Source: Eledone cirrhosa (taxonomy: Eukaryota). From it: a DNA stretch of 64,000 bases. Location of the stretch: the NCBI GenBank assembly GCA_964016885.1, contig OZ024740.1:110298001-110362000 (forward strand), written 5' to 3'. Both the position numbers and the translations under genes were made by a program. The notes beneath the pieces are model-generated. The model was not told the origin of the DNA and did no database searches. It saw nothing but the letters and a program-made list of their open reading frames with translations. Shown here piece by piece: positions 42,202 through 56,002 of this stretch; position 1 is the stretch's first letter, and each line of letters opens with the position of its first letter.

Positions 42202-43710
42202 CGGCTGTATTTCAATTAAGTCAAAAGGTTTCCATTTAAAAATGAAACGTTCTTTCAATTTTAGTTATGAGCAAATATTTCACAATGGACGTGCTAGTTG
42301 TCAGCAGGAAATGGGCGGGAATTTGAAATGTGTGCAAAATAAAGAAAAATGGCTTTGTGTGTATATGAGTGTGTATGTGTGTGTGTGTATGTATGTGTGT
42401 GTGAGTGTGTGTGTGTGTATGAGTGTGTATGTGTGTGTGTGTGTGCTGTGTGTATGTGTGTGATTACTTTGTGTGTGCTGTGTGCTGTGTATGTGTGTAT
42501 TATGTATGTGTGCTGTAAGTGCTTGGTGTGTGTGAGTGTGTATGTGTGTGTATGAGTCTGTATGTATGAGTGCGTGTATGTGTGTGTATATGAGTGTGTA
42601 TGTGTGTGTGTATATGAGTGTGTATGTGTGTGTATGAGTGTGAATGTGTGTGTGTATGTGTGTGTGTATGTGTGTATGTGTGGTCGGTGTGTGTATATGA
42701 GTGTGTATGTGTATGTATGTGTGTGAGTGTGGTCGGTGTGTGTATATGTGTGCTTGACGTGGGTGGTGTGTTGGTGTGGAATATCTGCACCATCACCACA
42801 ACGACGTCCGCAGTCACCACCTCCACCACCACAACCACTACGCCCCCCCCCCCCCACCCCCATCACCTCCACCACCACTACCACCTTTACACCACCACCA
42901 CCACCACCACCACCACCACCATCACTACCATCGCAGTGACCCTGCGAATAGCCCCTCTGACATATCTTTGTCACTACAGCAATGCCACTACTTCTCCTAC
43001 ATCACCACCTCCGCAACCACCCACACATCATCATCATCATCATCCTCATCATCAAAAACAACAACAACAATAGTAAAAATCCTCTCGGTTGAATGACTCA
43101 CTGAGCACAGTTCACACTTGCACACTTCCACTTACATACACATGCAATCACACACACAGAAACAAACAAATATACTCGCATACACACACACACACACACA
43201 GAGGCACACAACTCCCCACATACCCTCGCATACTCTGACTTAGACACACACACATATAAATATATATAGACACATACTCACTCCAATATGCACACACTAT
43301 CTTCAACATCTCCCACATACACACAAACATTATCACTAACACACACACACGCACGCGCACACACACACACAAACACACACACAGACACACACACACACAC
43401 ACACACACTCTATTTCACACATTCACAAACTAAAAATATATTTTAAAATATATTTTATAAACTACCTAACTATGGTTTTATTCGTTTTTATTATTAATTT
43501 TTATTATTAATTTCTCACCTACAGATAGAGATAGGGATCTCAATTCTACTTTTGAAAAGCATAAGGACTGTGAAACCGGTACAGGAAAAAAAAAATATTC
43601 TTAACAAAACTCCAGTTGCATTTTCGATTTCTTTTCCTCATACTTTCACCCGTGTAGGACATCTCGTTTTTTTTATTTTAAAAACCTCATTTTCTTATAT
43701 ATATATATAT

Positions 43711-43905
43711 ATAGGAAAAAGTATGACCCCGACGGCAGAGCTCAAGCCGTTTCGACAGCTATTTCTAGTCCAGAAATAGCTGTCGAAACGGCTTGAGCTC
43801 TGCCGTCGAGGTCATACTTTTTCCTATTTTCCAGTCTACTACCCTAAGTATTGAGTACTCTGGTGCGTTATGGTCCATCTGGTTCCTTACCACAATTCCT
43901 TTGTT
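43711..43905 (+). mobile_element. Fold-back copy of the 28135 family
   Basis: 56-bp arms 43711-43766 / 43772-43827 with one mismatch. The tail is homologous to 28310-28430. Flanked by (TA)n. Confidence 0.8.
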
Positions 43906-44612
43906 ATATATATATATATATATATATATAAATGAAAGTATAGAAATTATTGTGAGCATGAAGCCAACAATATTTCATAATATATAAGTGACTATAACGT
44001 CAAAATAGAAAAATAATTAACGTAAGATGTGGGAAAATAATTCAAACTCAATTAAAAAAAAATCGAGACATATTTATCCACAGATTTTGTGAAATCCAGG
44101 GAAAATCAATGAAGCCTTAACTCGGAATAAAATAAAGTTTAAATACTCATCCTTCAATTTGGAAAAACTACAAATGCTCTATATAGTCTTAAAAAGACTA
44201 TTTCACGAAACTTTCAGTGGGGATGGTCACGGTTGGAGTCGTTCATCAGTAGAGCTCAAACACGATAACCCTAGTGTCACTGCTAGAATATGGCAAAAAG
44301 GGAATTTAAAAGCAGGCTAGTTCACCTCGTGTGTAATTATGAAAATAAACACACATGGAGAGACATAGCTGGTGACGTCAGAATGAGACGAATGTCTATT
44401 TACAAGAAACAGCAGTCAAAAAACATTCCGAAAAAAACTCTACAAAATGTAAGGAGTTCAGCAAAATAGCAATATTATTGCGGTTTTAAAAAAAAAAAGA
44501 CCGGGATTAGTCACAAATAATTTTAAGCACTCTAGGAAAAAATTCCGAGTATATATATATATATATAGTGACGAAACATAAGTCAATTGCATGAACTCAT
44601 AATCCTTTATTT

Positions 44613-44668
44613 ACTGCTATATATATTTCGATGATAGCCATTGAATGACTATGACCTCATCAGGCAGT
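44613..44668 (-). ncRNA. Type I hammerhead ribozyme with extended stem II
   Basis: ACUGC-CUGAUGA-GGUC-AUAGUCAUU-C-AAUGGCUAU-CAUC-GAAA-UAUAUAUA-GCAGU, in a ~160 bp island between (TA)n tracts. Confidence 0.75.
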
Positions 44669-44727
44669 TAGTCAGTTCTTAGATATGCCAGCTCTGTGTT
44701 TATGGTGTTGATGGTTTTAGAGACTTG

Positions 44728-44817
<90 letters not shown>

Positions 44818-44825
44818 AGATAGAT

Positions 44826-44969
<144 letters not shown>

Positions 44970-46786
44970 AGATAGATAGAGAGAGAGTGGGAGTGAGAGA
45001 GAGATAGAGACAGAGATAGATGGAGATAAAGATAGATAAAGAGATAGAGAGAGCCGCTGAACTTTGTCCAGTGTTCCATTGTGACGTGAAAGTTATCTAT
45101 GTTCATGATGATTATTTAAATACGAACACGAACAAACGAAATTTGGCAGAATCCTTAGTGTTTCGGACGAAATATCTTGTGGCGCTCTGAGTTCAAATCT
45201 CGTTGAGGTCAATTTTGTCTTTCATCCTTCCAGGGCTGATAAAACAAGCACCAGTCTAAAGCACTGCTTGCTTGTAGAATTGTTTAAACGTCGTATGGGA
45301 TGCCTTGTCCCAACTCGTTCTAAGCTTTTCACGTTCAGAGTTCAAATCTCACTGTGTCGTTCGTATTGGGGCGATAAACTTCATCCGTCGCCCGTTCTAA
45401 TATCACCACATTGCCTAATATTTCGTTTGTTCACTACCACTGCCATCGTCAAATAGCGAACAGTCTTATGAGGCATAATCTAGTTGAAGTAAAATGGTCT
45501 TAATCTATTTTCTATATCACCTGCCTTTTTCCCCTTCCAATTTTTCTATGTAAGATATGATATAATATACACGTGAACCTGGGACAAAACTAAAAGAATA
45601 GATCCGAAAATGGGTCATTACAAAACCAGGTTGATAACCTTTGCTCTAATGACCCTGCCATTCACTTCTCCAAAACGCATGAAACCCTGAATTCCAGATT
45701 GAGTTTAGGGGTGCTGCATTGCTCCATGATGATATTCAACGTGACTGGGGCATTTAAATTTAACAAAGCCATCCCTCTGAATGATGAAACACAGCCAACT
45801 ACCTCAAGAGAAAGAGAGAGCGAGAGGAAATAAGAAAGATACAACTTTTAGTTCACGTTGGTATTTATTGACCTCGAAAGGATGAAAGGCAAATTTGATT
45901 TCAGCGGCATTTGTACTCAGAATGTGGAGAGCCGAAACGAAAATCACGTAGCAGTCTATCCGACGTTCTAACAACTCTGCCAATGTTTTGCCATACAGCA
46001 TTGCGCATCACAGAAATAAAAAAAACGAGTCTACTCAAGGATTGAAACATCCATAGTGTCAATAACAACATTCTATAAACATCTAACAGGTCTGCGTACC
46101 TTTAACGTAGTTCTCAGGGACGTTTAGCGTGATACTGTGTGTGACAAAACTAGCCCATTGGATTACAGGTACAACCTATTTTTATCAGCTCAGTTGACTG
46201 TAGCAACATGAAATAAAATGTCTTACTCAAGGACACAATGTCTCGTCGGTAGTCGATTTTATTACCTTGCGATTATGAGCCGAACATCCTAACCATCAAG
46301 CCATAATATAATATATATGTGGGCCATGGGCAAAGCTTAACATCCCCCTAAAAATGTAGCTACTGACATCTGCTATAAAGACTGCTAATTCACCCCTTTG
46401 TTGACTTTTACAAATAAAAATAAAGGTTCTAATTGAGAATCGAAACCGGAGGTCGCAGGCACGGACCGCTGCAGTTTTATCTGCACAACAACAACTTTCT
46501 CTGTGCAACATTTTAGAACGCCATCTCACCTGATGGTCTCCTTCTTTCTTTTTTCTTTTTTGTATTGTATTTCTTTTGCCTTTTAACTTCCTTTCACTTT
46601 TCTTCCCATTCTTCTGTCTGTCAACTTTGGTGTCCCGTCTGTTCTCTTCTGTCACCTTCTTCAGTAAAACACACAACCCCTTCCTACTTCACAACAGCTT
46701 CTAAATAGCAATGAACACTCCACTTTCCGACTCTCCCCCTAAGGTACTTCAAAGGCACTCCTCCACTACTCCGCCGTCCGTCAAAT

Positions 46787-47100
46787 AGCAACAATATTCA
46801 ACAGTAAACAGAAATATCACCACCATAACCAACTATTGTATATCCCCCCTCCTACACCCTAGACATTCCATAACACCCCAGTACCCACCCCCTCACACAC
46901 CCCTCAGTTACAAAGCAACAATATTCAACAGTAAAGGAAAATACCGTCACCATTACCAATTAATGTATCCCCCACCCAACACCACAAGGCACCTTTAGAC
47001 ACCACCGTAGACACACCCCCCCTGACAACTCCGTACCTCACCCCGCCCAACAGTCAGTTACAGAGCAACAACAATAGTCAACAGTAATAAAATACACCGT
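46787..47100. repeat. Diverged ~130-150 bp tandem repeat, 3 units
   Basis: AGCAACAATATTCAACAGTAAA recurs at ~46787, ~46914 and ~47063. Confidence 0.7.
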
Positions 47101-47169
47101 CTCATATAAACGAAACCAAAGTGAAATAGTTCGTCATCTCACTTAGATGACAGGAAAACCTGAATAATG

Positions 47170-47845
47170 TCATCGCCGCCACCACCACCACTGCCGCTGC
47201 CACCACCGCCACCACCACCACTGCAGCTGCCACCGCCGCCACCACCACCACCACTGCAGCTGCCACCGCCACCACCACTGCCACTGCCACCGCCGCCACT
47301 ACCACAATCACCACCACCACCACTGCCACTGCCACCGCCGCCACTACCACAATCACCACCACCACCACCACTGCCACCGCCGCCACTACCACAATCACCA
47401 CCACCACCACTGCCACCGCCGCCACTACCTCAATCACCACCACCACCACCACCACTGCCACCGCCGCCACTACCACAATCACCACCACCACCACTGCCAC
47501 TGCCACCGCCGCCACTACCACAATCACCACCACCACCACTGCCACCACCGCCACTACCACAATCACCACCACCACCACTGCCACTGCCACCGCCGCCACT
47601 ACCACAATCACCACCACAGTCACCAATGCCGCCACCACTGCCGCCACCACCACCACTACCACCACTACAATCACTACCGCCGCCGCCACTGCTGCCACCA
47701 CCACCACTACCACCACTACAATCACCCCCGCCGCCACTGCCGCCACCTCCTCACCACCACCACCACCACCACCGCCACCACCACAATCACCACCGCCGCC
47801 GCCACCGCCGCTACCACCACCACCACCACCACCACCACCACCACG
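47170..47845. repeat. CCA/CCG compound minisatellite (27-33 nt higher-order unit)
   Basis: CCACTGCCACCGCCGCCACTACCACAATCACCACCA repeated. Confidence 0.9.
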
Positions 47846-48033
47846 CCTAATAGACAATAGATGTTATCATCGTTGCTGTTGCTGCTATTGTTACATGTCT
47901 TTCCTACAATTATTTAATTAAGTCATCAGGAAGAGGGGAAATAGAGTAATGAGTAAATAGAGAAAGTATAGAAAGATCTCTCCCTGCCCCTCACAATATC
48001 TCTATAATATCATAATGGTCTTCTTTTATAGGG

Positions 48034-48081
<48 letters not shown>

Positions 48082-48110
48082 GCTGATGATGATGATGATG
48101 ATGCTGCTAT

Positions 48111-48169
<59 letters not shown>

Positions 48170-48739
48170 TTACTACTAGTACTAGTACTACTACTACATT
48201 TTCTATTGGCATAAAGGAGATGGGTTATCGACATGGAAGGATCTATGTAGACTCCGGCGTGATTTGAACACGGAAGTACAGAACCGAGTATTTTCTACAA
48301 AACTGGGATCTTTACTTACTGCCAGTAATGGTTTCTATTTGAGTAGGCACAGAAGCTCTAAGAGAGATGAGATTTAAGGGAGTTAATTCACCAAGTTTAG
48401 TTGAAGCAAATTTGAAGTGAAATGGTGAAATGTTTTTGGCTGCTGATCAAAAGCGTATGGTTTAGAGACATGTTATATTGGGGTCCACCATTGTATCACC
48501 GGACTTCTGGTTTGGCCAGATGATCAGATGTCCTTTTATATAACCAGTTCACAAAATACTTTCATTGACCAAACAAATATAGTCACATACACACACACAC
48601 ACACACAGACGCACAACTCCCCACATCCTCTCGCATACTCTGACTTAGACACACACACACATATAAATATATATAGACACATACTCACTTCAATACGCAC
48701 ACACTATCTTCAACATCTCCCACATACATGCAAACATTA

Positions 48740-48799
<60 letters not shown>

Positions 48800-48839
48800 T
48801 TTCACACACACTCTATTTCACACATACACAAACTAAAAA

Positions 48840-49680
48840 CTGGTTTGGCCAGATGATCAGATGTCCTTTTATATAACCATTTCACAAAATACTTTCATTG
48901 ACCAGATCATAAGATATCATTTTACAACGCCAGGTCACAATACACTTTCATTGACCAGATCATAAGATGTCCTTTTACAACGCCAGGTCACAATACACTT
49001 TCATTGACCAGATCATAAGATATCATTTTACAACGCCAGGTCACAATAAACTTTCATTGACCAGATCATTAGATGTCCTTTTACAATGCCAGGTCACAAA
49101 TACACTTTCATTGACCAGATTATAAGATGTCCATTTTACAACGCCAGGTCACAATACACTTTCATTGACCAGATCATAAGATGTCCATTTTACAACGCCA
49201 GGTCACAATACACTTTCATTGACCAGATCATAAGATATCATTTTACAACGCCAGGTCACAATAAACTTTCATTGACCAGATCATAAGATATCATTTTACA
49301 ACGCCAGGTCACAATAAACTTTCATTGACCAGATCATAAGATATCATTTTACAACGCCAGGTCACAATAAACTTTCATTGACCAGATCATTAGATGTCCT
49401 TTTACAACGCCAGGTCACAATACACTTTCATTGACCAGATCATAAGATGTCCGTTTACAACGCCAGGTCACAATACACTTTCATTGACCAGATCATAAGA
49501 TGTCGTTTTACATTGCCAGGTCACACTTTCATTGACCAGATCATAAGATGTCCTTTTACAATGCCAGGTCACAAATACACTTTCATTGACCAGATCATAA
49601 GATGTCGTTTTACATTGCCAGGTCACACTTTCATTGACCAGATCATAAGATGTCCTTTTATAAAACCAGATCACAATACA
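48840..49680. repeat. ~53 bp minisatellite, ~15-16 units
   Basis: CCAGGTCACAATACACTTTCATTGACCAGATCATAAGATGTCCTTTTACAACG repeated. Confidence 0.95.
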
Positions 49681-49699
49681 ATTTGATTCCTTTCTTGAT

Positions 49700-49990
49700 T
49701 GCACCTTTCTTTTCCATTTTTATTTTACCCGAACCGTTTGACTATGACGTCTTCCCATCGTATATGAGGTTTTCCGAGTGTTCTCTTTTGAGCTCTTGGA
49801 TACCACTGACCAACTGTACGGATATGCCTATTGTCTGAATCTGGTGAGAGGTCCGGCTCAGCAGAACGTGTGATATATTTTGAATTGGCCAGTGTAGGGT
49901 GGCTAGCTAATATGTAACCGAAGGTTTCACTAAACCTTCCCTTCATGCGGTCTTTGAACATAATATCCTGCCCCAGAATATACTTCTAGT
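49700..49990 (-). mobile_element. RTE-like LINE 3' fragment (internally deleted)
   Basis: DNRHIRTVGQWYPRAQKRTLGKPHIRWEDVIVKRFG resembles the RTE C-terminal DNRW..W.PR..KR..GRP..RW.D motif. Confidence 0.65.
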
Positions 49991-50394
49991 AAAGTTAAGA
50001 ATGAAGACACTGACTACTGTTGAGCATCAATTAGCAAAGTTTCAACCCCTCCTTCCAGACTCGATGAATGTGCGTGGCCTAATGTTTAGGGTATTGGAGT
50101 CTTTAAGAAGGTTTATTTACAATGACTTACCGGTCTCATAAGTCTCAGGATTTTCACAACTTAAGAGAGATGGAAGAATTGTGTGTGTGTGCAGATGTGC
50201 GTTGGGTTGTTATGTTTCAATAAGTAGTCTGGGGCACAAACATATATATCATTTTTACCACTAACCAACTAATCGTGTGCCTTCTGATATACAGACATGT
50301 ATTTAATAAATGCAGGTTCTATAAAATCATGAAGCGAGTGGAAATTCAGCGAGCTAAGACAAATTTAATTTGTCTGGTTCGATAAATTTATATA

Positions 50395-50472
<78 letters not shown>

Positions 50473-50508
50473 TAGGTAGTAACATGTGCTTACGTCGTAT
50501 TTGACTAA

Positions 50509-50541
<33 letters not shown>

Positions 50542-50739
50542 GGGGGGGGGGTGTACTAACCACTCTTCTACCCCTTTCATGACAACAACTACCTACCCGT
50601 ATCACGGTTACTGCCCTGTCCTACGACAACACATTCTGGGTAAACTGAATAATCTTTCAGCCGTTCTCTTCCTTCCTTTACCGCAACACCTTCAAACACA
50701 CACACACACGCACACACGCACACGCACACGCACACACAC

Positions 50740-50838
<99 letters not shown>

Positions 50839-50846
50839 CACACACA

Positions 50847-50899
<53 letters not shown>

Positions 50900-51239
50900 T
50901 CTGAGGTCAATATAATAGACTCCCACCATGCACACATACGGCAGGCTATCTATGTTAGAAATTATTATCATATATTCCTGAGAGTGGTGGTTTAGCAGAA
51001 TTGTTACAGTGGCAGGTAAATGCTTTCTGACATTTTTTCGGAATCTTTAGGTTTTAATTTCAAATCCCAGAGGGCAACTTTGAATTTCATCCTTCCGACA
51101 CACAGTCCGGTGACAAATGTCTGAACTATCACCCACAGCAACACCCAAAACGAAAAAAGAAAAAAAAAGACAAAAAAAAAAACACCTTCACCTAAAAAAC
51201 ACCAACGGGAACAACGACAGCAACAACTATTATTATTAT

Positions 51240-51657
51240 AATTGGCAGTATCGGTAGAGGGTCAGACGCCATGCTTTGACGCATAGAGTTACGGCCCTTG
51301 CCATTCTGAGTTCAAATCCCGCCGAGGTTAACTTTGCCTTTCATCCTGACGGTGGTCGATAAAATAAAGTACCAGTAATGCACTGGTGTTGACGTATTCG
51401 AGTTTCCCGTCCCCCTAAATTGCTGGCCTTGTATCTATATAAGAAATAATTACTATAATTGTACTTCTAAGGGCGGTGAATTGGCAGTATCTGTAGAGGG
51501 TCGGACGCCATGCTTTCCAGCATAGTTATGTCTCTTTATAGTCTAGGTTCAAATCCCGGCGAGGTTAACTTTGCCTTTCATCCTTACGGGGTCGATAAAA
51601 TAAAGTACCAGTAATGCACTGGGGTAATTGCTGGCCTTGTGCCAAATGTAGAAACAA
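51240..51657 (+). mobile_element. Two tandem SINE A copies
   Basis: A/B boxes and core at 51240-51445 and 51471-51657. Confidence 0.85.
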
Positions 51658-52255
51658 TTATAATTGTACTTATAATGTAAAGATATTGATGATGATGACT
51701 TCATTTCTTTACCTCAAGGGCAACAAAGGAGGGTGAGGGGGTGCTACTGAGACAAGGTTGCAGAATGGGCGGGGAGGGGGTCGGGGGGCAACGAAGAAAT
51801 CAGATGAAAGAAAAAAATATGGAAAAAAAATGATAATGACGACGACGATGATGATGGTGATGGTGGTGGTGATGATGATGGTGGTGGTGATGGTGATGGT
51901 GATGGTGGGATTGTGATGATAATGATAATGTTGATAATGACAATGTTAATGATTATGTTGATGATGATGATGATGATGATGATGGTTATGATAATAATAA
52001 TAAAGTTCAGAAGGTCGTTTCTACATTAGAAAGACCTCTCCCTCCCCTTTAAAAATAACCAAAACAAACAGCATCACCAATGTTCATCATCCAACACTCC
52101 ATATCCTAATCCACCATGAAAGTCATCGTACCTTGCTTCCATGGTAACCGCATTTCCATGACAACCACACTTTCTCCCCGGTTCATGACACCAATAATAT
52201 ATATATATATTGACACCAATAATATATATATATATTGACACCAATAATATATATA

Positions 52256-52460
52256 TATATTATAAAACTGAGGTTGTCTGTTTGTCTGTCTGTCTACTAA
52301 AACAGTCGGCACACATCTCCTCCTAAACCGTACGTTCAAATTTCGGTGAAATTGCTACAGTTATAGATGAAGGTCCGGTGGAGACATCGGTCAGATTTTC
52401 AAATTGACCCACGCCAAGTGCAGAAATCGAATTTGTAATGTATTGATTTTTCAGTTCAAA
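52256..52460 (+). mobile_element. Non-autonomous Helitron-like 5' portion
   Basis: ATATTATAAAACTGAGGTTGTCTGTTTGTCTGTCTGTC followed by CTCCTAAACCG..AAATTTCGGTGAAATT, typical of invertebrate Helitron heads. Confidence 0.5.
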
Positions 52461-52964
52461 TGTATAAATAGAGATGAGAGACGAGTTATTTCCCTTTTAT
52501 GGCGTCATTTGTTTATCTGTTTACGTTACGAATAAACGTGCAAAGGTACAAAAATACAGTTTTCGGACCAGCAAAATTTTTACCTGTAAAATTCATGAGT
52601 TCGAAGTTTCCACATTAAGCTTCCATTTTGCTTCATTTCCATTAAAAAGTCTTTTGAAACAATATTTCAGCGCATCAGCCTCGCCATCACCCGAGGTAAC
52701 ATTGCGAGTGTGCTGGCTTGCCTCAAAAATCATTAGAGAGGTTGCCCAGTACTCGCGACGTTGCTGTCTTTTGCTCTGATGTTGGCTCCGTTGTTCACAC
52801 TTCCTTTACATTTTCTTTAATATTGTATCATCCTTTGTAGTGTTATTTATGTATATATTTAAAACATATTTGTTGTTATTCTACTGTAAATTTATCTATA
52901 TGCTCTGTTTATATTTTCATTCTCACTACCCTCAAAAATCTATGAAACTACAAACATGTTGCAA

Positions 52965-53002
<38 letters not shown>

Positions 53003-53185
53003 CACACACACACATATATACATATACATCTAAAGAGAGAAAGGAAGATGTAGAGAGAGATATAGTGAGATAGGTCGTTATACAGAGAGAGGTACAAAAT
53101 AATCAGATAGAGAGACAGAGAGAAAGAGAGAATGGCGACGAATGATGGTTCACACACACACACACACACAAACACATATATATAT

Positions 53186-53226
<41 letters not shown>

Positions 53227-53954
53227 CGCGTTCTTTATTGTTCTCCATTCTGTAGAGGAAGAGAGAGAGAGAGGGGGTATGAGTGAGAGAGAGGGGGTAT
53301 GAGAAAAAAGGGAGAGGGGTTGAGAAAGAAAGAAAGTTTAAGCAAAGAATCGCTGCTTTCAACATTAACGGGATCTTCTTAAACTAAAAAATTCAATCTG
53401 TGAACGCAGAATTAAATATTTCGAGAAACGTTGCAACCGAAGGAAAACAGGAAGACGATATTTTGGTTCGTGAATACGTTCCTTGGCAATGAACGAAAAA
53501 AAAGCGAGGATAATACGTCGTTATGTGGACCAAGAAGAACAATTTCATGCAAAGACAAGACCAAGTTTATGGTGTAAATGGAGTCGTTAGACTAATATTC
53601 TATTTAAAATAACCGAATGATTTCCAGCCCCGGAGTTTAAGAATGATGTAAAAAAAATTGTAAACGAAAATGACAGAGGTTATTAAAATAGTTGTTTCTA
53701 CTTTTGGCACAAGGCTAGCAATTACTCAGTACATTACTGGTACTTTATTTTATCGATCCCGTAATGATGAAAGGCAAAATTAACCTCGACGGGATTTTAA
53801 CTTTGCCTTAAAATAGTAAAAGTAAATAGTGAAGATTTAGGCCAGTACATACGTATGCTCCGACGGGCATACACATACATATACATACGCACACACAAAT
53901 ACATACACACACAAACACACATACACACACTCACACACCCACGCGCGCGCGCGC

Positions 53955-54391
53955 GTGTGTAAACCTTATGCATTTCTACAGTATTTTCACCAAACTTAAG
54001 ACATAGGTTACTTATGTACTCCGGATCGTCATGGGCACTTTCATTTTTCCAGATATTGATTATAGGGCCTCCCGGCAGATAACCCCCTTTAACCACTTCC
54101 TTGGAGTCGACTGAAGCACTGCAGTGCAATGCAACAAAACGTCATAACTTCTGGAGTTCGCAACCGATTTTCATAAAACTTGACACGTGGGCTACGTTTG
54201 TTCTACAGATGAATGTGAACTCTCAGAATTGGCACATATTGAGTAGGGGACCCCTGGGGGCAGGAACCCACTTTTGGAAAAAGCCGATGATTTTGTAAAA
54301 GTATAGTTTTCGAAGCAGCATTGAAGTATTGATATAAATGGTATACATAACTGCTATTTAATAACCGAGCAACGCCGGGCACCTCTGCTAG
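53955..54391 (+). mobile_element. Non-autonomous Helitron 3' portion
   Basis: Subterminal hairpin CCGAGCAACGCCGGG followed by CTAG|T at 54388-54392. Confidence 0.7.
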
Positions 54392-54423
<32 letters not shown>

Positions 54424-54518
54424 CTGTATATATATATATATATGTTAAGTATTTCCGAAGAAAAAGTAAAGAAAAAAAAAGAGTGCTCTATGTATAATAC
54501 AGAGCTATTTAATATCTC

Positions 54519-54586
54519 TTCTATCTGATGAGCGAACTAGACATACGTTAATATTGTCTAGCGTCCTGAAACCTTTGGTAATGGAG
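54519..54586 (+). ncRNA. Type I hammerhead ribozyme with extended stem II
   Basis: UUCUAU-CUGAUGA-GCGAA-CUAGACA...UGUCUAG-CGUCCU-GAAA-CC-UUU-GG-UA-AUGGAG, in a ~180 bp island between (TA)n tracts. Confidence 0.65.
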
Positions 54587-54617
54587 TAGTTATATTTTGT
54601 GTTGTTCACTTTCTAAT

Positions 54618-54710
<93 letters not shown>

Positions 54711-54717
54711 TGTATAT

Positions 54718-56002
54718 AGTGGTAGAATACTGGAAGGTAATATCTGTAGTGGACGAGTTAGTTAGAAGTGGTTACACAACAGTTAGTTCACCATACCGAG
54801 AACAATTGTTTCACCTTAGCGGATCCTCAGCTCGTAATGGACATGGTTATACGGAACAGGAAGGACAACCGTATGAACGCGATGCGCAGAAACGATCATT
54901 TCACACAGGCAACACTAAATTGCGTGCAAGAGGTGTAAAGGAGATAATTGCGAAAGTCCGAAAGTTTCTGGTTGATAAGAAAATTAGGATGTTGTTATAA
55001 TTCAATCCGGAGCTTTGTAGTTATGTAAGAGGTGTTTCCAGACGTGTGGACAACGTGTGAAGAATTCATTTCTCGTGTTTAGGCAATCACTATTGCGTAA
55101 TCTCTTTAGAATATTTATTCGTTCATCAATACATAGTCCACACGACGGATTGTCCCTTGCGTATGGCTTCGACTTAGTGATGGCTTTCCATTGAATGGAG
55201 TAGTCTATACTTGAGTCCTTGAGGGACCATACGTGGCTCGCGAGTTTCGTGGATGAACGTCTGTCCGGGTACCTAAAGATCGATTGGTGGTCGAGAAAGC
55301 GTTTCTTTACTCGGCTCTCCACCATATTCACATAGGATTTGACCTCCTGTGGTTGATTTGGTCGGTTGAAAGTGACCACAGCTTCATAAACTACAGCGGG
55401 TGTGTTGCATTGTTGTTGAAGGGGACAAGCTTCGGGCTGACGGCAAGAGCACCCTGGTGGGGTGTTGCTCTTAGGGTTGTTGGTGATGTGGGCCTTCATG
55501 TTCTTAGCGCAGGAGTATCCTAGTTTTACTTTGTGTCGGTTAAAGATGGAGCGGTATTTATGACCTATGGGAAAGTGTCTATCTAAGAGGGCTAGACATT
55601 TTTTGCCTACATTGGTTTTAACGTTGAGTGAGAAGGGAGGAGAGAACCAGATAGTTTGTCTATTGTTACGCTTTCTTTTCTTATTGCTGTTGTTGATAGT
55701 GGGAGAGTAAGTGATAGGTTGCGAGAAGCCGCTGTTAGCTAACGCCGTGTTATAGTTGGGTGCCTCCCTGTCAAAGATAGCCTTATTAGAGGAGAGGTTT
55801 GACATTCTAGTACTGATATTATTTACGAAGTTTCTAAAAACAGTGGGAGTCCTTGTGAATGTAATTGAGTTTTTCGTTTAGCTTATGGAAGGGTCTGTAG
55901 GTGTGTGTGCGAAGGTCTAAATTAATGTCTAAGAAATCTACACTAGAGAGGTTGGTAGCTACTGTTATCCTAAGTAGGATAACAGTAGCTACCAACCTCT
56001 CT
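54718..56002 (-). mobile_element. Second Naiad-type PLE, 5'-truncated, with terminal hairpin, between (TA)n tracts
   Basis: ORF 55002-55805 has IWFSPPFS, CSCRQPEACPLQQQC..VVYEA, CGLCIDE and RCPH. The upstream frame reads LRITVATNLSSVDFLDINLDL. There is an HHR in the 3' UTR. Confidence 0.9.
54791..54840 (-). ncRNA. Minimal type I hammerhead ribozyme in PLE 3' UTR
   Basis: CCAUUACGAG-CUGAGGA-UCC-GCUAA-GGU-GAAAC-AAUU-GUU-CUCGGUAUGG. Confidence 0.8.

Noticed and set aside
47102-47857. Pro-rich and Val/Ala-rich ORFs (extensin/formin-like)
   Set aside because: Open on both strands because of trinucleotide repeats. No non-repetitive domain or splice support.
48840-49680. Regular short repeats resembling a CRISPR array
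   Set aside because: The whole 53-bp unit is repeated with no unique spacers, there are no cas genes, and the context is eukaryotic.
51471-51560. tRNA-like A/B boxes as tRNA genes
   Set aside because: They are SINE heads followed by the SINE core, and no cloverleaf can be completed.
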